Source of the DNA: Camelus dromedarius
Taxonomy: Eukaryota
DNA: 64,000 nucleotides
Reading direction: 5' to 3'
Assembly (NCBI RefSeq): GCF_036321535.1
Contig: NC_087437.1
Coordinates: 25,918,001-25,982,000 of the forward strand
Under the pieces are notes generated by a model. The model was not told the DNA's origin. It ran no database searches and saw only the letters and a list, made by a program, of their open reading frames with translations. Positions 42,448-55,982 of the stretch are shown one piece after another. The translations under genes were made by a program, and so were the position numbers. Numbering within the stretch: the first letter of the stretch is position 1; each line of letters begins with the position of its first letter.

Positions 42448-45400
42448 CTAGTTATGCACCAACATGCTAAAGGAAGGATAAGAGCTGAAGTTCCCATTCC
42501 TCTTTGTAAATGAAGCTCACGACACACTCCCATCCACCACCAGAATTTTGATTGATATCTATGTAGTGCATTTCTGGTTCAACAGGATAATTGAAGCCTC
42601 TCTCTGCATATAAAAGTTCTGATTCTCCTCTCCCTACCTCTCTGCCAGCTCTGCCCATACAACTTGAACTCACCAAAAAAAAATTTGTTAAAATTGGGGG
42701 TTGGGGATATATGTGCTTGTGATAGAAATCAGGAAGGTGCCATCCACAGTTATAACAGCTGAGAACTCGTATAAGGGAGAACAGGAAGAAACAGACACAT
42801 CTTAAATGAAGAAATAGCCTGCAAGTAAGTTGGAACAAGAATTCACACACTCCCCAGACATCTGGACATTCTCACTTCCTCTCCCCCATCCCAGGTGAAA
42901 AATAAGGAAGCAGAAATGCTATCTGGTCTATGGAATAATTGAGTAGTTCACAAGAAGGCAGTTGGTCTAAGAAATCAAAGCATATGAGTCCCTGAGAGCA
43001 AATTGCTCCCTCAAAGAAAAGAAAACTTGAATGATTACTGCATGTCTTTTTCCTGAGATCATTTTTTTCAGATGAAAAGCATGATTAATCAAATTTTAAA
43101 AATCCAACCAAAGCAGAAACCTGAAGGTTAGATCCTGCAGAAAACTGAATCAGCGATGGAGATGGTCTTAAGAAAGCTCCCATAAGTCAGAAGAAAAGAT
43201 TCAAAGATGAAAAATATACACATAGTAATAATTTTAGAGAGAAGTTATAAAAGGGGGAGACATAATGATGATAGTGGAAGTGTTCACTGCCATAAAGGGA
43301 AAAGACTATTCAGAATCAAAAGCTTCACTGAAAATGAGGCAAAATTAGTAATATAGACCTATACCTAAAAATGTTCTGGGAAAAATTTTGGATTTCAGAG
43401 ATAGACAAATTTCTACAATAATCCTTTTTAAAAGTTATCATGAACATTGGACTCCTCTGGTACAGTAAGTGTCAGAGGAAGATAGAATTAAGTGCCAATT
43501 ACATTTCTGAGGGGAAAAGATTATGATAGAAAAATTTTATACCAGGCAAAGCACAACAAAGTCACATTTTCAGATGTTTAAGGATTCCAGCAGGGAACTG
43601 CTACCATCACTTATATACTGACCTATAGAAATGGTCAATGAAAAGATTACAGGTCACATTTCCTGATATCATGCAATAAAACTAAAAATTACTAATAAAA
43701 AGTTAAACAAATAAAAAGATCATATTTGGTCCAAATAACTCTTATATCAAAGAAGAAATAAAAATGAATTTCTAAGCATTGAGTAAATAATGTTCAGGAG
43801 AATACTACATGTCATGTACAACATAAATTAAACAAATTAAACATAAAAATTCAGACTCTGAACTGTTTAGTTTAAGCAAAGCTGAATAAAAAGAGATGTA
43901 AATATCTGAAAATTTTAGAAAACTAAAATGAAGAAAGAAGGAGTTAATAAAGACAAAAGCAGAAATAAATAAATTAGAACACTGAAAAGCTAAACCTAAA
44001 AATGTATTCTTTGAAAAGACCAATGAAATATGCAAAACTCTGGCAAATCTAATAAAAAAAAATTGAGACCCTGAGTTAGGAATGAGAAAGGACTACAACT
44101 GCATAAGTGGGGGAGGAAAAAATTAAGACCATTATGGACAATAATTGTGGTCAGTTGACTTAGGAGGCAACTGAATAGACCAATTCATGGGTGAAATAAA
44201 GAGAGTGATTAAAACATAAACAACAAAACTACTTCTTTTTAAAAGTCACAAGCTCAGAGTAGTTTATAGGCAAGTTCTTTTAAATCTCTAAGGAGCAGAT
44301 GGTTCCTATCCATTTAAACTGTTTCAAAGTATTAAAACCATGGAAAGCTTTCCAATTTATTTAATGAAGACAGTACAACTATGATATAATACCCGAAAAA
44401 GCACACAGAATCTAAATTAATCACAGCTTAGATGAAAAATTCTAAGTAAAACATCAAATTCAACACAGAAAGATATCAAAAAAACCCCACCGTGCTCAAA
44501 GTAATGTTTCTCCCCTAGAAACCCAAGGATGGTTCAACCCTAGGGAATGCTTAATGTAGTTGGTCACACTTATCGGTTGAAGGAGAAAAGATATGTAATA
44601 ATTTCAAGGAAATCTAAAAATGACTTTTTAGAAAATTTGGCATTCTGGCACTAGCTGTTCCTTTTGCTTTTCCCTCAGATCTTTGCAAGGATATCTCTTT
44701 AATAGCTAGATCTCACCTCAAATAATACTTCCACCTTACCTAAACTATAATTTTAGTTCACTATCACATTACCCTATTTTGTTTTTGTAAAGCACTTGTC
44801 ACTTTCTAAGGTTATCTATTTTTATTTTTTGTGTTTGCTTTTCTCCTCTCCTTTCTACACCGTCACTCCCATTACCCTTTCCTCTCTGCTACACCACACC
44901 CTAGAATAGAAATTCTATTACAGCAGGTCTTACCAATGAATTCTATGCCTAGCACAGTATTTTTTCTGGAGCAGCTCAGTGATTTTAAACCGAAAAACAG
45001 TCTCTGTAAACCGGAAATAGAATTAAAAATAAGAACTAATAACCAATGTCATACTTAGTGGTAAATTAATAGATATTTTCATTAAGATCAGACACTAATC
45101 AGACTATTCTAGCCAATCTGAAGCCGCATGGCTAGTAAGTGAAAAAGCCAGGATGAGGACTTTTGTTTTTCCAAGATGAGGACTTTTAATGCATCCCATA
45201 GACCTTCCTGTGTTGTGACTCCTTCATTTGCAAAATGAAGGTAATAAAATATGTGGAAGATAAAACTCACATTTTAAATCTCAACTCACTGGGTATCAGT
45301 TCCTCTTCTGTAAAAACAGAGCTAACAATACTTAGCCCCTTGGGTTGCTGTGAAGGTTAAATGAAGTAAAATGTATGAAATGCCTAAAAATTCAATAAAC

Positions 45401-46100
45401 CTTAGTCTCTTATTCCTTTCCCAGGTAAGCACAAAAATCAAAGAATGGAATCCAAAGGTAGAAAATCATTTTTTTTCAGTTACGTATTTACAGGTTTTAA
45501 ATGATGGCATTACCATTTACAATAGTTAAATAAAAATAAAATACCTAGGCATAAACTTAACAAAAAAAAAAATCAAAAACCTATAAAAGGAACTATAAAA
45601 TACTCCTGAACAAGTGGAAAGACATTTTTTTTTTAAGGATTTGATCTGTTTCTCTCCTGCTTTATTAAGACCTTGCTTTGTTTTAGAGAGCCTATGACCA
45701 GTTGCCAATTTGTTTCTAAGACACAGAGTTTGCTTATATTTTCTCGGGTCAGGAGTCTCTCTACTTAATTAGCCTGGAAAAACATATGTTCTTGTGTAGT
45801 GTCACTCAACTTTATAATAATGTCTGTTTTTCCTAAGTTAATTTGTATATTTGAGACAATCTCAATAAAACACTATCAAGATTTTTTTTCTGGAGCCAGG
45901 TAAGTTTTCACAAGGTTCATTAGAAAGAATAAGTAAATGAAAATGGCCATTAAAATGATGAAAAATAAGTGCATTGAGGTATGGCTACAAGTCATTTAAA
46001 CACAATATAAAGGCTCTATAATTATAATAGTATAGTATTGGTGCATGAATAGATACAAACCAATGGAACAGAATAGAAAATCAAGAATTGGACTTAATTG

Positions 46101-47764
46101 GAAATGGAAAAATATCCTATGCTCTTGAATTGGAAGGATTAATATTGTTAAAATGGTCATACTACCCAAAGCAATCTACAGATTTAATGCAATCCCTATC
46201 AAATTATCCAGGACATTTATTCACAGAACTAAAATAGATAATCCTAAAATTTATATGGAATCACAAAAGACCTAGAATTGCCAAAGCAATACTGCAGAAA
46301 AAGAAGGAAGCTGGAGGCATACCCCTCCCAGACTTCAGACAATACTACAAAGCTGCAGCAATTCAAACAGTGTGATACTGGCACAAAAACATACATATGG
46401 ATCAATGGAACAAAATAGAGTGCCCAGAAATAAACCTACACACCTACAGTCTATTAATCTTCGACAAGAATGTCAAGAATATACAATAGAGAAAAGACAG
46501 TTTCTTCGGCAAATGGTGTTGGGAAAGCTGGACAGCTGCATGTAAATCAGTGAAGTTAGAGCACTCCCTCACACCATACACAAAAATAAGCTAAAAATGG
46601 CTTAAAGACTTAAACATAAGAAAGGACATCACAAATCTCCTAGAAGAGAACATAGGCAAAGTATTCTCTGACATAAACTGTAGGAATGTTTTCCTAGGTC
46701 AGTCTACCAAGACATTGGAAATAAAAGCAAAAATGAACAAATGGGACCTAATTAAACTTACAAGCTTTTGCACAGCAAAGGAAACCAAAAACAAAACATA
46801 AAGACAACCTACTGACTAGGTGAAACTATTTGCAAACAATGAGACCAACAAGGACTTAACTTCTAGAATATACAAAATATACAACTCATACAACCCAACA
46901 ACAACAACAAAAAAAACCAAATAACCTAATCCAAAAATGGGCAGAAGACCTAAACAGATATTTCTCCAATGAAGACATACAGATGGACAGGTGAAAAGAT
47001 GCTCAATATGGCTAATTATTAGAGAAATGCAAATCAGAACTACCGTGGAGTATCACCTCACACCAGTCAGAATGGCCATCATTAAAAAGTCCACAAACAA
47101 CAAATTCTGGAGAGGGTGTGGAGAAAAGGGAACACTCTTACACTGTTGGTGGGAATATAAAATGGAAAACAATGTGGAAATTCCTTAAAAAACTAAAAAT
47201 AGAGTCACCATATGATCCAGTAATCCCTCTCCTGGGCATATATCTGGAGAAAACTCTGATTTGAAAAGATAAATGCACCCCAATATTCATACCAGCACTA
47301 TTTACGATTGACATTGAAGCAACCTAAATGCCCATTGACAGATAAATGGATAAAGCAGTTGTGGTATATATAGACAATGGAATACTACTCAGCCATAAAA
47401 AAGAATGAAATAGTGCCATTTGAAGCAACATGGATGGACCTAGAGATTATTATATTAAGGAAAGTAAGTCAGACAGATAAAGGACAAGTATCATATGATA
47501 TCACTTACATGTGGCATCTAAAAAAATGATACAAATGAACTTACTTACAAAACAGAAACAGACTCACAGACATAGGAAACAAACTTACGGTTATGAAAGA
47601 GGAAAGGGCAGGGAAGGGATAAATTAGGAGCTTGGGATTAACGTATACACACTACTATATATAAAATTGATAAACAACAGGGACCTACTGCATAGCACAG
47701 AGAACTATATTCAATATTTTGTAATAACCTATAATAGAACCTCTAATGGAAATACATATATATG

Positions 47765-47809
<45 letters not shown>

Positions 47810-47877
47810 CTGAATCACTTTGCTGTACACATGAAACTAACACAACATTGTACATCAACTATACTTGAATAAAAAAA
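46101..47877 (+). mobile_element. 5'-truncated L1 (decayed ORF2 C-terminus, 3'UTR, A tail) inserted in an older L1
   Basis: ORF2-like peptide [33 protein letters not shown]...[13 protein letters not shown]; ends aataaaaaaa; possible short TSD taattgg. Confidence 0.9.
47765..47808. repeat. (GATA)11 microsatellite in the L1 3'UTR
   Basis: Perfect tandem repeat read directly. Confidence 0.95.
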
Positions 47878-48404
47878 GATAATTGGGGAATGTGAACATT
47901 GATTGGACATTTGATGATATTAAGGAATTAAGATGATGCTTTTAAGGTGTGATGATTGTATTGAATGCATTTTTAAAGGAATCCTTTTCTTTTGAAATTC
48001 ACATTAAAATATTTATTTTAGAGATAAAAACAATGATAGGGTAGATATTTCTATTTCTAGATCATAGGGTCATTTTCTTATTTCTAAAAAATATTTTAAG
48101 CAATATTTTTTTCCTCAGTGAATGTTGAATTACATCATTAATAGATGGTTTTTTAAAATGTGTGTGTTGAGGTCTAATAGTATCATGAGAGACTTTGGAT
48201 TTCAAGGAAAATCTTGTTTCCAACTCATCTTGGAATAATCATGTTATCCAGAGAATCTCTGCATGATACAGATAAAAGTTTAAGAAAAAATTATAGTAAA
48301 CATTATGTAAGGAACTCTTACTGCCTCAAAATCTAGAATTTACCTTATAATAATGATATTCAAAGGGATTGGAAAATTATTTTAATTTTCCTGATTGGAC
48401 TTAC

Positions 48405-48619
48405 CTGTTTCCCATTTGGAAGTAAACTTCCTTTCCTGCATATTTTCATTGGCCCGATCAGCCCAGTAAATATATCTTTGGTGGGATCCACAGCAGAATA
48501 GTACATCTTAGCTAGACAGACAGGATCTTTGTAAGTGGGTCCCACTTCTTCGGGGACAGTCCATTCATAGATGAATGTTTCTTTGGGTGCCACATAGGAC
48601 GCTGAAGAAGAAGGCACAC
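48405..48619 (-). CDS. CP: Ceruloplasmin exon 9
   Basis: 215 nt; (S)[71 protein letters not shown]. Confidence 0.94.
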
Positions 48620-48827
48620 CTGTAGGAAAGGTCACATTGGAGAGGTGAAGTATGCTTTCTAATGTGGTCATTTGAGCCACGAAGTAGGATTTATTCTAGG
48701 ATAACCCTCTTCTGTGTTCCTTACTATGAGTTAGAATGGAATCCTACTTGTGCTCCAATACCAGGTTACATATGGGTACGATTTCCTCCAGGAAGTCTCC
48801 TCTAAACCACTGTCTGAGATGGGTGCC

Positions 48828-49043
48828 TGCTACAATCTGAATGTTATGTTTCCTCCAAATTCACATATTGGAATCCTAATGCCCAATATGATGGTGTTGG
48901 AGGTGGAAACTTTGGGAGGTGATTAGGTCATGAGAGTGGAGCCCTTCTGAATGGGATTAGTGCCCTGACAAAATGACCCCATAGAACTCCCAGCCCCTTC
49001 CTCCATGTGAGGATACTAGAAGTCTGAGACCCAGAAGAGGGTC
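48828..49043 (+). mobile_element. Partial MLT1A-like LTR
   Basis: tgctacaatctgaatg...gtggagcccttctgaatgggattagtgccct; homologous to 29866-30207. Confidence 0.7.
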
Positions 49044-49651
49044 TTTATTGGTCAGCTTTGACATACATAAATATCTAAATACTTCTATATAATGGAATAT
49101 TTTGTATCATTAAAATTACATTTATAAAATGTTTATGATGCAAAGAAACCAAACTGGGTACAAAACTATAGTAACTATATTTATATATTATGATCTCAAA
49201 CACATGTAAAATATATATTACTATGTACACAGATGAAAGATTGGAGGAATTATATAGAAATAAAATAGTGGTTGTTTATGGAACTATGGATAATATTTTT
49301 GGCTCTACCTTTTAATATTTTTCAAATATTCTAAAATGTGCATCTAATCTTATAATTGCAAGAAGGAACAATCACCCAAATAGAAGTCCAGGAATGAATC
49401 ACTGATACAATCCAAGTAAGTTACTGCCAGCATTGTCAATAGTCATCCAATTAAGGCAAGACAAAATTCCATAAGCCAATTGGCAATGGTAGGAGAAGAG
49501 TTTTATGTGCTTCCTGGCATGATGCCTGAGAATGAGACACGAGCAGTTTCCTCGGGAGTTCCTGCCTTCGGTTTCCGCAGGACTGTTTTCCTGGGGTGAC
49601 CGGCGCAGTGGGTTATTACACGTGATCGTTTGGTTGCAGTGCTGTACTCAC

Positions 49652-49792
49652 TTCCACTGGAGGAGCTGTAATGTGTGCCCTCGTTGCTCTTGCTGACTCT
49701 CACACCAATCGGCTCAATACTGAGGGGATGGGCTCCTTTGTTATGGAAGGTGACTCTGATGGTGTCTTCCACCTCTGCCCAAATGACAGGAC
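49652..49792 (-). CDS. CP: Ceruloplasmin exon 8
   Basis: ctag|GTCCTG...GGAA|gtgagt; 141 nt; [47 protein letters not shown]. Confidence 0.93.
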
Positions 49793-50949
49793 CTAGGGAT
49801 GAAGGAAGAATTACTATCCACTCTGGTAGATAACAGAACACGTAAACCAATTGTTTTCTTTGGCTTGTCCTCTGGCAAGAACCACTGGAAGCAACATGCT
49901 TGTTGTGGCAAGTGGAAAGCTTGGTTTTTAAAAAGCCCATTATCAATTTGACATGGGGAGGCTGGAAGGAGGTGAGAAGGGCTTTTGGATTCAACTTCAG
50001 GTTAATGAAATGTGTTATCATTTTTATCCAAGTCAGTTCACAAGCTTTATACATCTATAAAAAATGACCCAGAGTATCTATAATCCCCTAGTTTTCTGTT
50101 GGCTAGGTGTGTGTTATTCGTCCCAAGAGTCAAGGCGTTGCTATAAACTTTGACCACCCAAATAGGGTAAGTCAAATTGTCTGGGATGTGAAAAGTAACA
50201 CTCGTGTGGATTTTCCATCACCAAAATTAATATTATTACTAAATATAGAATAAAACCACAGATATATCATCTATAAGTATTTTACATACTATATAAAATT
50301 GTATTTATTGAGAGTGTTCTATGTGCTCTTCTGAGTGTTCATGTGTATTAACCCATTTAATCCTTACAATAACTTTATGAGGTAGGTATTTTTATTATTA
50401 TCATTGTTCCCCTTTTACAGAAAGGGGACAGGCGCAGAAGGTTGAGTACTTTCAAAGGTCACACAGCTAACAGGTGCAGCGCAAGGACAGTCTGAATCCA
50501 CCCACTCTCTATTCCACCCAAGTGCCTGAGCAAGAACAGGTCTCTGGGCTCTGCCTGACAGCAGCCTGCAGAAGGTTCTAAAACAAACCCAGTCTGTCTC
50601 ATTAGCAGTCTGGATTTTAGTTCTAAGGGAATGTACCTTTAGCTAAGAGCTGAGGCTAATAGCTTCCTTGTCTATTTAAACATATTCACATAAATACACA
50701 ATTCCCCTTACCTCTTTAAAGAAAAAAAATCATCATTTGAAGTCAGCATGGCTTTTAATGATGACGATTATATACTGGTAACTTATGTTTGGAAAAGTAA
50801 TCAGCTGCTGTATTTTACTGATGATTGCTCCTCCATGTCCACAGTTTATGTGGAAATCATGCTGCAGGTTCTGAAGTTTTGCTCTTTCTGAGGCTAGCTG
50901 TCACTCAGGGATTGAGTGCATTAGTCATAAAGATTCTGCACAGACTCAC

Positions 50950-51089
50950 CCAGAATGCCAAGATGTTCCTCCTCAGGGCCTCTCTCCTTTTGATTTGTGA
51001 AGGAGGCATCTGTATACTCACGATAAACAAGCTTTTTATATGAGCCTCCAATTCTTGTAGAACCACGTTCAAAAAATACTTCTGAAGCA
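50950..51089 (-). CDS. CP: Ceruloplasmin exon 7
   Basis: 140 nt; [47 protein letters not shown]. Confidence 0.94.
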
Positions 51090-51600
51090 CTGCCAAAAGA
51101 AAAAGGGTTTAACGCTGGACTTGAAAGCAGAACAGAGGCAGAATGCGAATTGAAGAGAAAAATTCTAACCAGTGCTTAGAGATAATTATTAGCCATGATT
51201 TACCAAATACTCAAAGAGAAGCAGAGAGTACTAGGCATTTCATAGAAGGATATTCAGTTGAGGAGTAGAGACTCATGGCATGGAGATTTTACTTTTTCAA
51301 GTGAAATGAAAAAATTTCAAGAAGGTCCATGTCAACCCCTGACAGTTAATAAATTGTCCTACAGTAGAATCTTTTAAACAAATTACAAAATGTCCAAAAA
51401 TACAATAGCTGTTTATTGCATATTAGCACTCAGACGTTTCCATTTATTATCTGAAACTCTAATGACAATGCAACAAAGTTGGTTTTATTCTCCTCATTTT
51501 TCAAATGAAGAAATTAAATCTCAGAAAGGCATTTGACTTGCCAAAGCCACCTCATTCATCTCTTTCTCATTTGACAAACGTACTGCAGATCTGCTCTTTT

Positions 51601-51767
51601 AAAAATTTTTTTTTGGGGGGGGAAAGGGTAACTAGTGTTTGTTTTATTGTTTTATTTATTTAGTTAGTTAGTTATCTATTTATTTATTGAAGTGGAGTTA
51701 CTGGGAATTGAACCCAGGACCTCATGCCTGCTAAGCACACACTCTACCAGTGAACTGTACCCTCCCC
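51601..51767 (-). mobile_element. tRNA-derived SINE (Vic-1-like)
   Basis: ctgggaattgaacccaggacctcatgcctgctaagcacacactctaccagtgaactgtaccctcccc; flanking repeat ctgctcttt. Confidence 0.8.
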
Positions 51768-53039
51768 TTGAACACCTGCTCTTTGCCAGGAACCATGCTA
51801 TGTGCTGATGGCATAACCATAAACAAGCTGGACCTGTCCCTGTCCACAAGGACTAAAGTCCCATCTGTCCCAGAAGACAGAGTACAGACCAATCAATATA
51901 ATAACATGTAATAAGCACAGGGTGTTAGGGAACATTTCTCCTGGGGTTGGAGGAAGTGGTGGGGAGAAGCCCCACAGGTTTTCCAGAGGAAGTAAGTCTT
52001 TAAAACCATCTAGAGGAGAAGTGGAGTTTAAAAGATGGAGTACGTGTGGTGGGGAGAATGGGGCAGGTGTTTACAAAGAGGGAACAGCCTGTGGGAAGGC
52101 TTAGAGGACAGAGTGAACATGGCATGTTTTACAGAACATGACAGGAGCATAGCATGCAGGGCAGGGCAGAGGGGTGGAGAATAAGACTTGGAGGGAAGAA
52201 GGGGGTGGGCAGGAGGACATGGGTAAAGTTTCAGTTCTCCATCTCAGGGCAGTGGGAAAGTGTTGAAACATTTACACATTCAGGATTAGTGTTTTGGGAG
52301 GATCCCTCAGGAGGCTGCCTGGAAAGTGTGTTGGAATACATAAGACCATGATAGGGAGACCCATCAGCAGACTGTCTTTAAAATCTCAGTGAGAGGCAGT
52401 GATGACTTCAGAGGCATTGGCAAAGAGGATGGAGAGAAGCAAACAACTTTTGGAGATACGTAGGATATAATGGGGCACTATTTGATGAGAAGAGGAGGAG
52501 GGAGAGAGTCAAGGGTGGTAGTCAGGTTTGGGGCTTGATCAACGGATGAAAGGTGATACCATTCACGGAAACTCAGATTTGTGGGGAAGGCAATGGGTTC
52601 AGATTTGGATATATTGATTTGGAGGGACCTCATCCAAGTGGTGTGTCCATTAAAGCAGTTCAAAATCTAAATCTGAAATTTATAAGAGCCTTCTGGACTG
52701 GTGATACAGTTCTGGGAGTCATCACATCTGGATGTCAGTGTCACCTGGGACTTAAATCTCTGCTTCAGGAGATACAAACTTGGGCAGAGCCAGATCCAAC
52801 TACTGACCTGTCATTTGTCATTGAGTAAATTACTTAATTTCTCCAAGTAGATTTGTGGTAAACAAGGCTTCTCTAAAGAGGTGATGTTTGAGCAGAGTCT
52901 TGGAACAGGGGTGTGGCATAGTCTCACTGATATTTTTGAAAGCTCACTTTGGCTGTTTTATGAGGAATGCACAGTAAGAAAGGGAGACAGGAAGGAAGAA
53001 CAACTGGGAGGTTACAGAAGTCATCAGACACATACAAAA

Positions 53040-53950
53040 GTTACCTTGTATACATCAAAGGACACTATTAAGAGAGTGAAAAGAAAATCTACAAAATAAA
53101 GGGAAATATTTGTAAAGTGTATATATCCGATAAGAGATTAATATCCAGAATATAAAAAGAACTCTTATACCTTAACAACAACAACAAAACCCAAACAATC
53201 TAATTTTTTAAATGGGCAAAGGACTTGAACTGACATTTCTCCAAATTGCCAACAAACATCTGAAAAAAATGCTCAATATCACTAATCAACGGGGAAATGC
53301 AAATCAAAACCACAATGTGATACCACTTTGTACCCATTAAAATGGCTATTATCAAAAAAAGGGAAAATGAATGTTGATAAGGATGTTTGGAATCCTTGCA
53401 CATTGCTTGTGGGAACATAAAATGGTGTAGCCACTATGGAAAACCACATAGTGGCTCCTCAAAAAATTAAAAACAGAATTATATGATCAAGCAACTCCAC
53501 TCCTAGTTGTATACCCGGAAGAACTGAAAGCAGAGATCTAAACAGATACTTGTACTCCACTGTTCACAGCAGCATTATTCACAACAGCCAAATGGTAGAA
53601 ACCACTCAAGTGTCCATTAACAGATAGAGGAATAAATAAAATGTGGTATATGAATACAATGGAATATTATTCAGCCTTAAAGAGGAATGGAATTCTGATA
53701 CCTGCCACAGCATGGAGGAATCTTGGAAACATTATGCAAAATGAAATAAGCCAGACAAAAAAGGATAAATATTGCATGACTCCACCTGTTTTAGGTCCCT
53801 AGAATAGGCACATACATAGAGATAGAAAGTTGAATATCAGGGAAGGGGAGTTTTTGTTTAACAGACAAATAATTTCTGCTTGGAATGATGAAAAGCTCTG
53901 GAGATGGATAGTGTTGATGATTATATAATCTTGTGAATGTACTTAATGCT
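53040..53950 (+). mobile_element. L1 (L1MB/MC-like) ORF2 end and 3'UTR fragment
   Basis: aaatgggcaaaggacttgaa...gaaatgcaaatcaaaaccacaatg...caatggaatattattcagccttaaa. Confidence 0.8.
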
Positions 53951-54284
53951 GCTGGGTTTTACAACGCTATGTTTTCAGAAATGGAAAGCAAATGAATTGA
54001 TCTGTCTAATTGTATTCAGTGTTTTCTAGGGATTTTGTTGAGCATTTGATAACTTTTAAATCCATTCTTTTTCATGGACTCAGAAATCCTGTTTCTCAAA
54101 CTTGGACTCACTACCAAACACCTTAATACATATTTAGCAGTCTAGTTAACTCAATTTCAGGTACCAATTACAATTTTAATTTTTTAAGACTTTAATTGCT
54201 GAATCAGCCTTTTATACTTTTTTTTTTTTTTTTTAGGGGGAGGCACATTTTGAAATAATAATCTTTTTTTTTCCCCTGAATTAC

Positions 54285-54456
54285 CTTTCAGGTGCTGTTA
54301 GGCTTTCTTTGGTGAAGTTGTCTATGCCGGAGGGTGCGTAGTTCCAGATGATTTCCTCCGCAGCAATGTAGTAGTGTCTGACATGTTTGCCACGGATGTC
54401 ATCCTCAGATGAGGGCCTCTTACAGTCTTGTACTGAGAAAAAGGCCTGCAAACCAG
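54285..54456 (-). CDS. CP: Ceruloplasmin exon 6
   Basis: 172 nt; [57 protein letters not shown]. Confidence 0.94.
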
Positions 54457-54639
54457 CTGAAAATCACACAGAAGGAGACACTGGTTAATGGAGCCAATAT
54501 TTCTCTCTCTTACTGCCTTGTAAACACTGCTGGTGAAATGACACATAGAAATGGTAGAAACAGAGCTGGAAACCATACTACACACTAGAGTAAACAGCTG
54601 TAAATAAATTACTCATGGAAAGTTCAAGCAGTGAGGAGG

Positions 54640-54770
54640 CTGGAGTATAGCGCAGTGATAGAGCGAGTGCTTAGCATGCACGAGGTCCTGGGTTCAGTCT
54701 CCAGTACCTCCATTAAAAAATAAATAAATAAAGCCCAAATTACCTCCCTCCAAAAAAATTTAAAAAAAAA
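54640..54770 (+). mobile_element. tRNA-derived SINE (Vic-1-like)
   Basis: gtatagcgcagtgatagagcgagtgcttagcatgcacgaggtcctgggttcagtctccagtacctccattaaaaaa. Confidence 0.8.
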
Positions 54771-55628
54771 TTCTCTATGTGGCACAGAGAAGATACTACT
54801 TGTGTTTTTAAAAACGTGAAACCAGTTTCTGTGGCATTCCACTTAGGAGGTCTTTGGGATGAGGGAAAAAAAAAAGGTAAGGGATGTGGAGAGAAATGAA
54901 TTTTCGCTGTATTTTATTGCACCTACGCAGTGAGTTCAGCATTAAAATAAATAAGGCTTTAATGAGAAAAAATAGATAAGTGATCAAGAGAGGTTTTGCC
55001 ATAGTTTGAGGGATAGGGCAGAGTAGGAGAGGGGGAATAGAGTAGGCATGTGTTATTATTGTTCTCTCCAAGAAAATGGTTATGTGCCCGCAGTGCTGGG
55101 CCCTCTGCAGCCAAGGTCACATTTGATGAATGAAATTATGTTTGAAGGTCAAAGTAACATACTCAAAGACCCATATTAAACCTAATTTCTTCAGGAGACC
55201 AATATTACAAACTAGTATTTTTCAAGGACTGGGAATATTTTATTGCCTCACATTAAAGAGATGGAGGAGGGATTTAGCATGTTAAACCAAGGAATAGCTG
55301 GACTCAAAGAACAAAGTTGGTTATATTTAAGAGAATCAAGTCAAAAAGCTGCTTTTCAGCACAATATGCAAATCTTCTGGTGTTTATAATATTGTATATT
55401 TTACAAAGCTGAGAAACTGTATATAGTGTTATACTTTAAGGGTAGGACTATATATACATTCAGGACCAATTTTTCTTTTCCAAAAATTAACATATTTTCA
55501 GTTTTAATTACTTTATAAGTGCTCCTGTCTTTTTTTTTTTAGAATTACATTATGATTCATACTGTCATAGGAATAAAATTAAGTTACCAGTTCAAAGCTC
55601 AGATCATTCCAAAGATACTTAGCTTTTA

Positions 55629-55982
<354 letters not shown>

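Noticed and set aside
46101..47877. Active LINE-1
   Set aside because: It is 5'-truncated, lacks ORF1 and the EN/RT regions, and ORF2 has stops and frameshifts.
49503..50054. Longest ORF (183 aa) as a separate protein
   Set aside because: Only 49652-49792 is CP-like and bounded by AG/GT; the flanks are open intron by chance.
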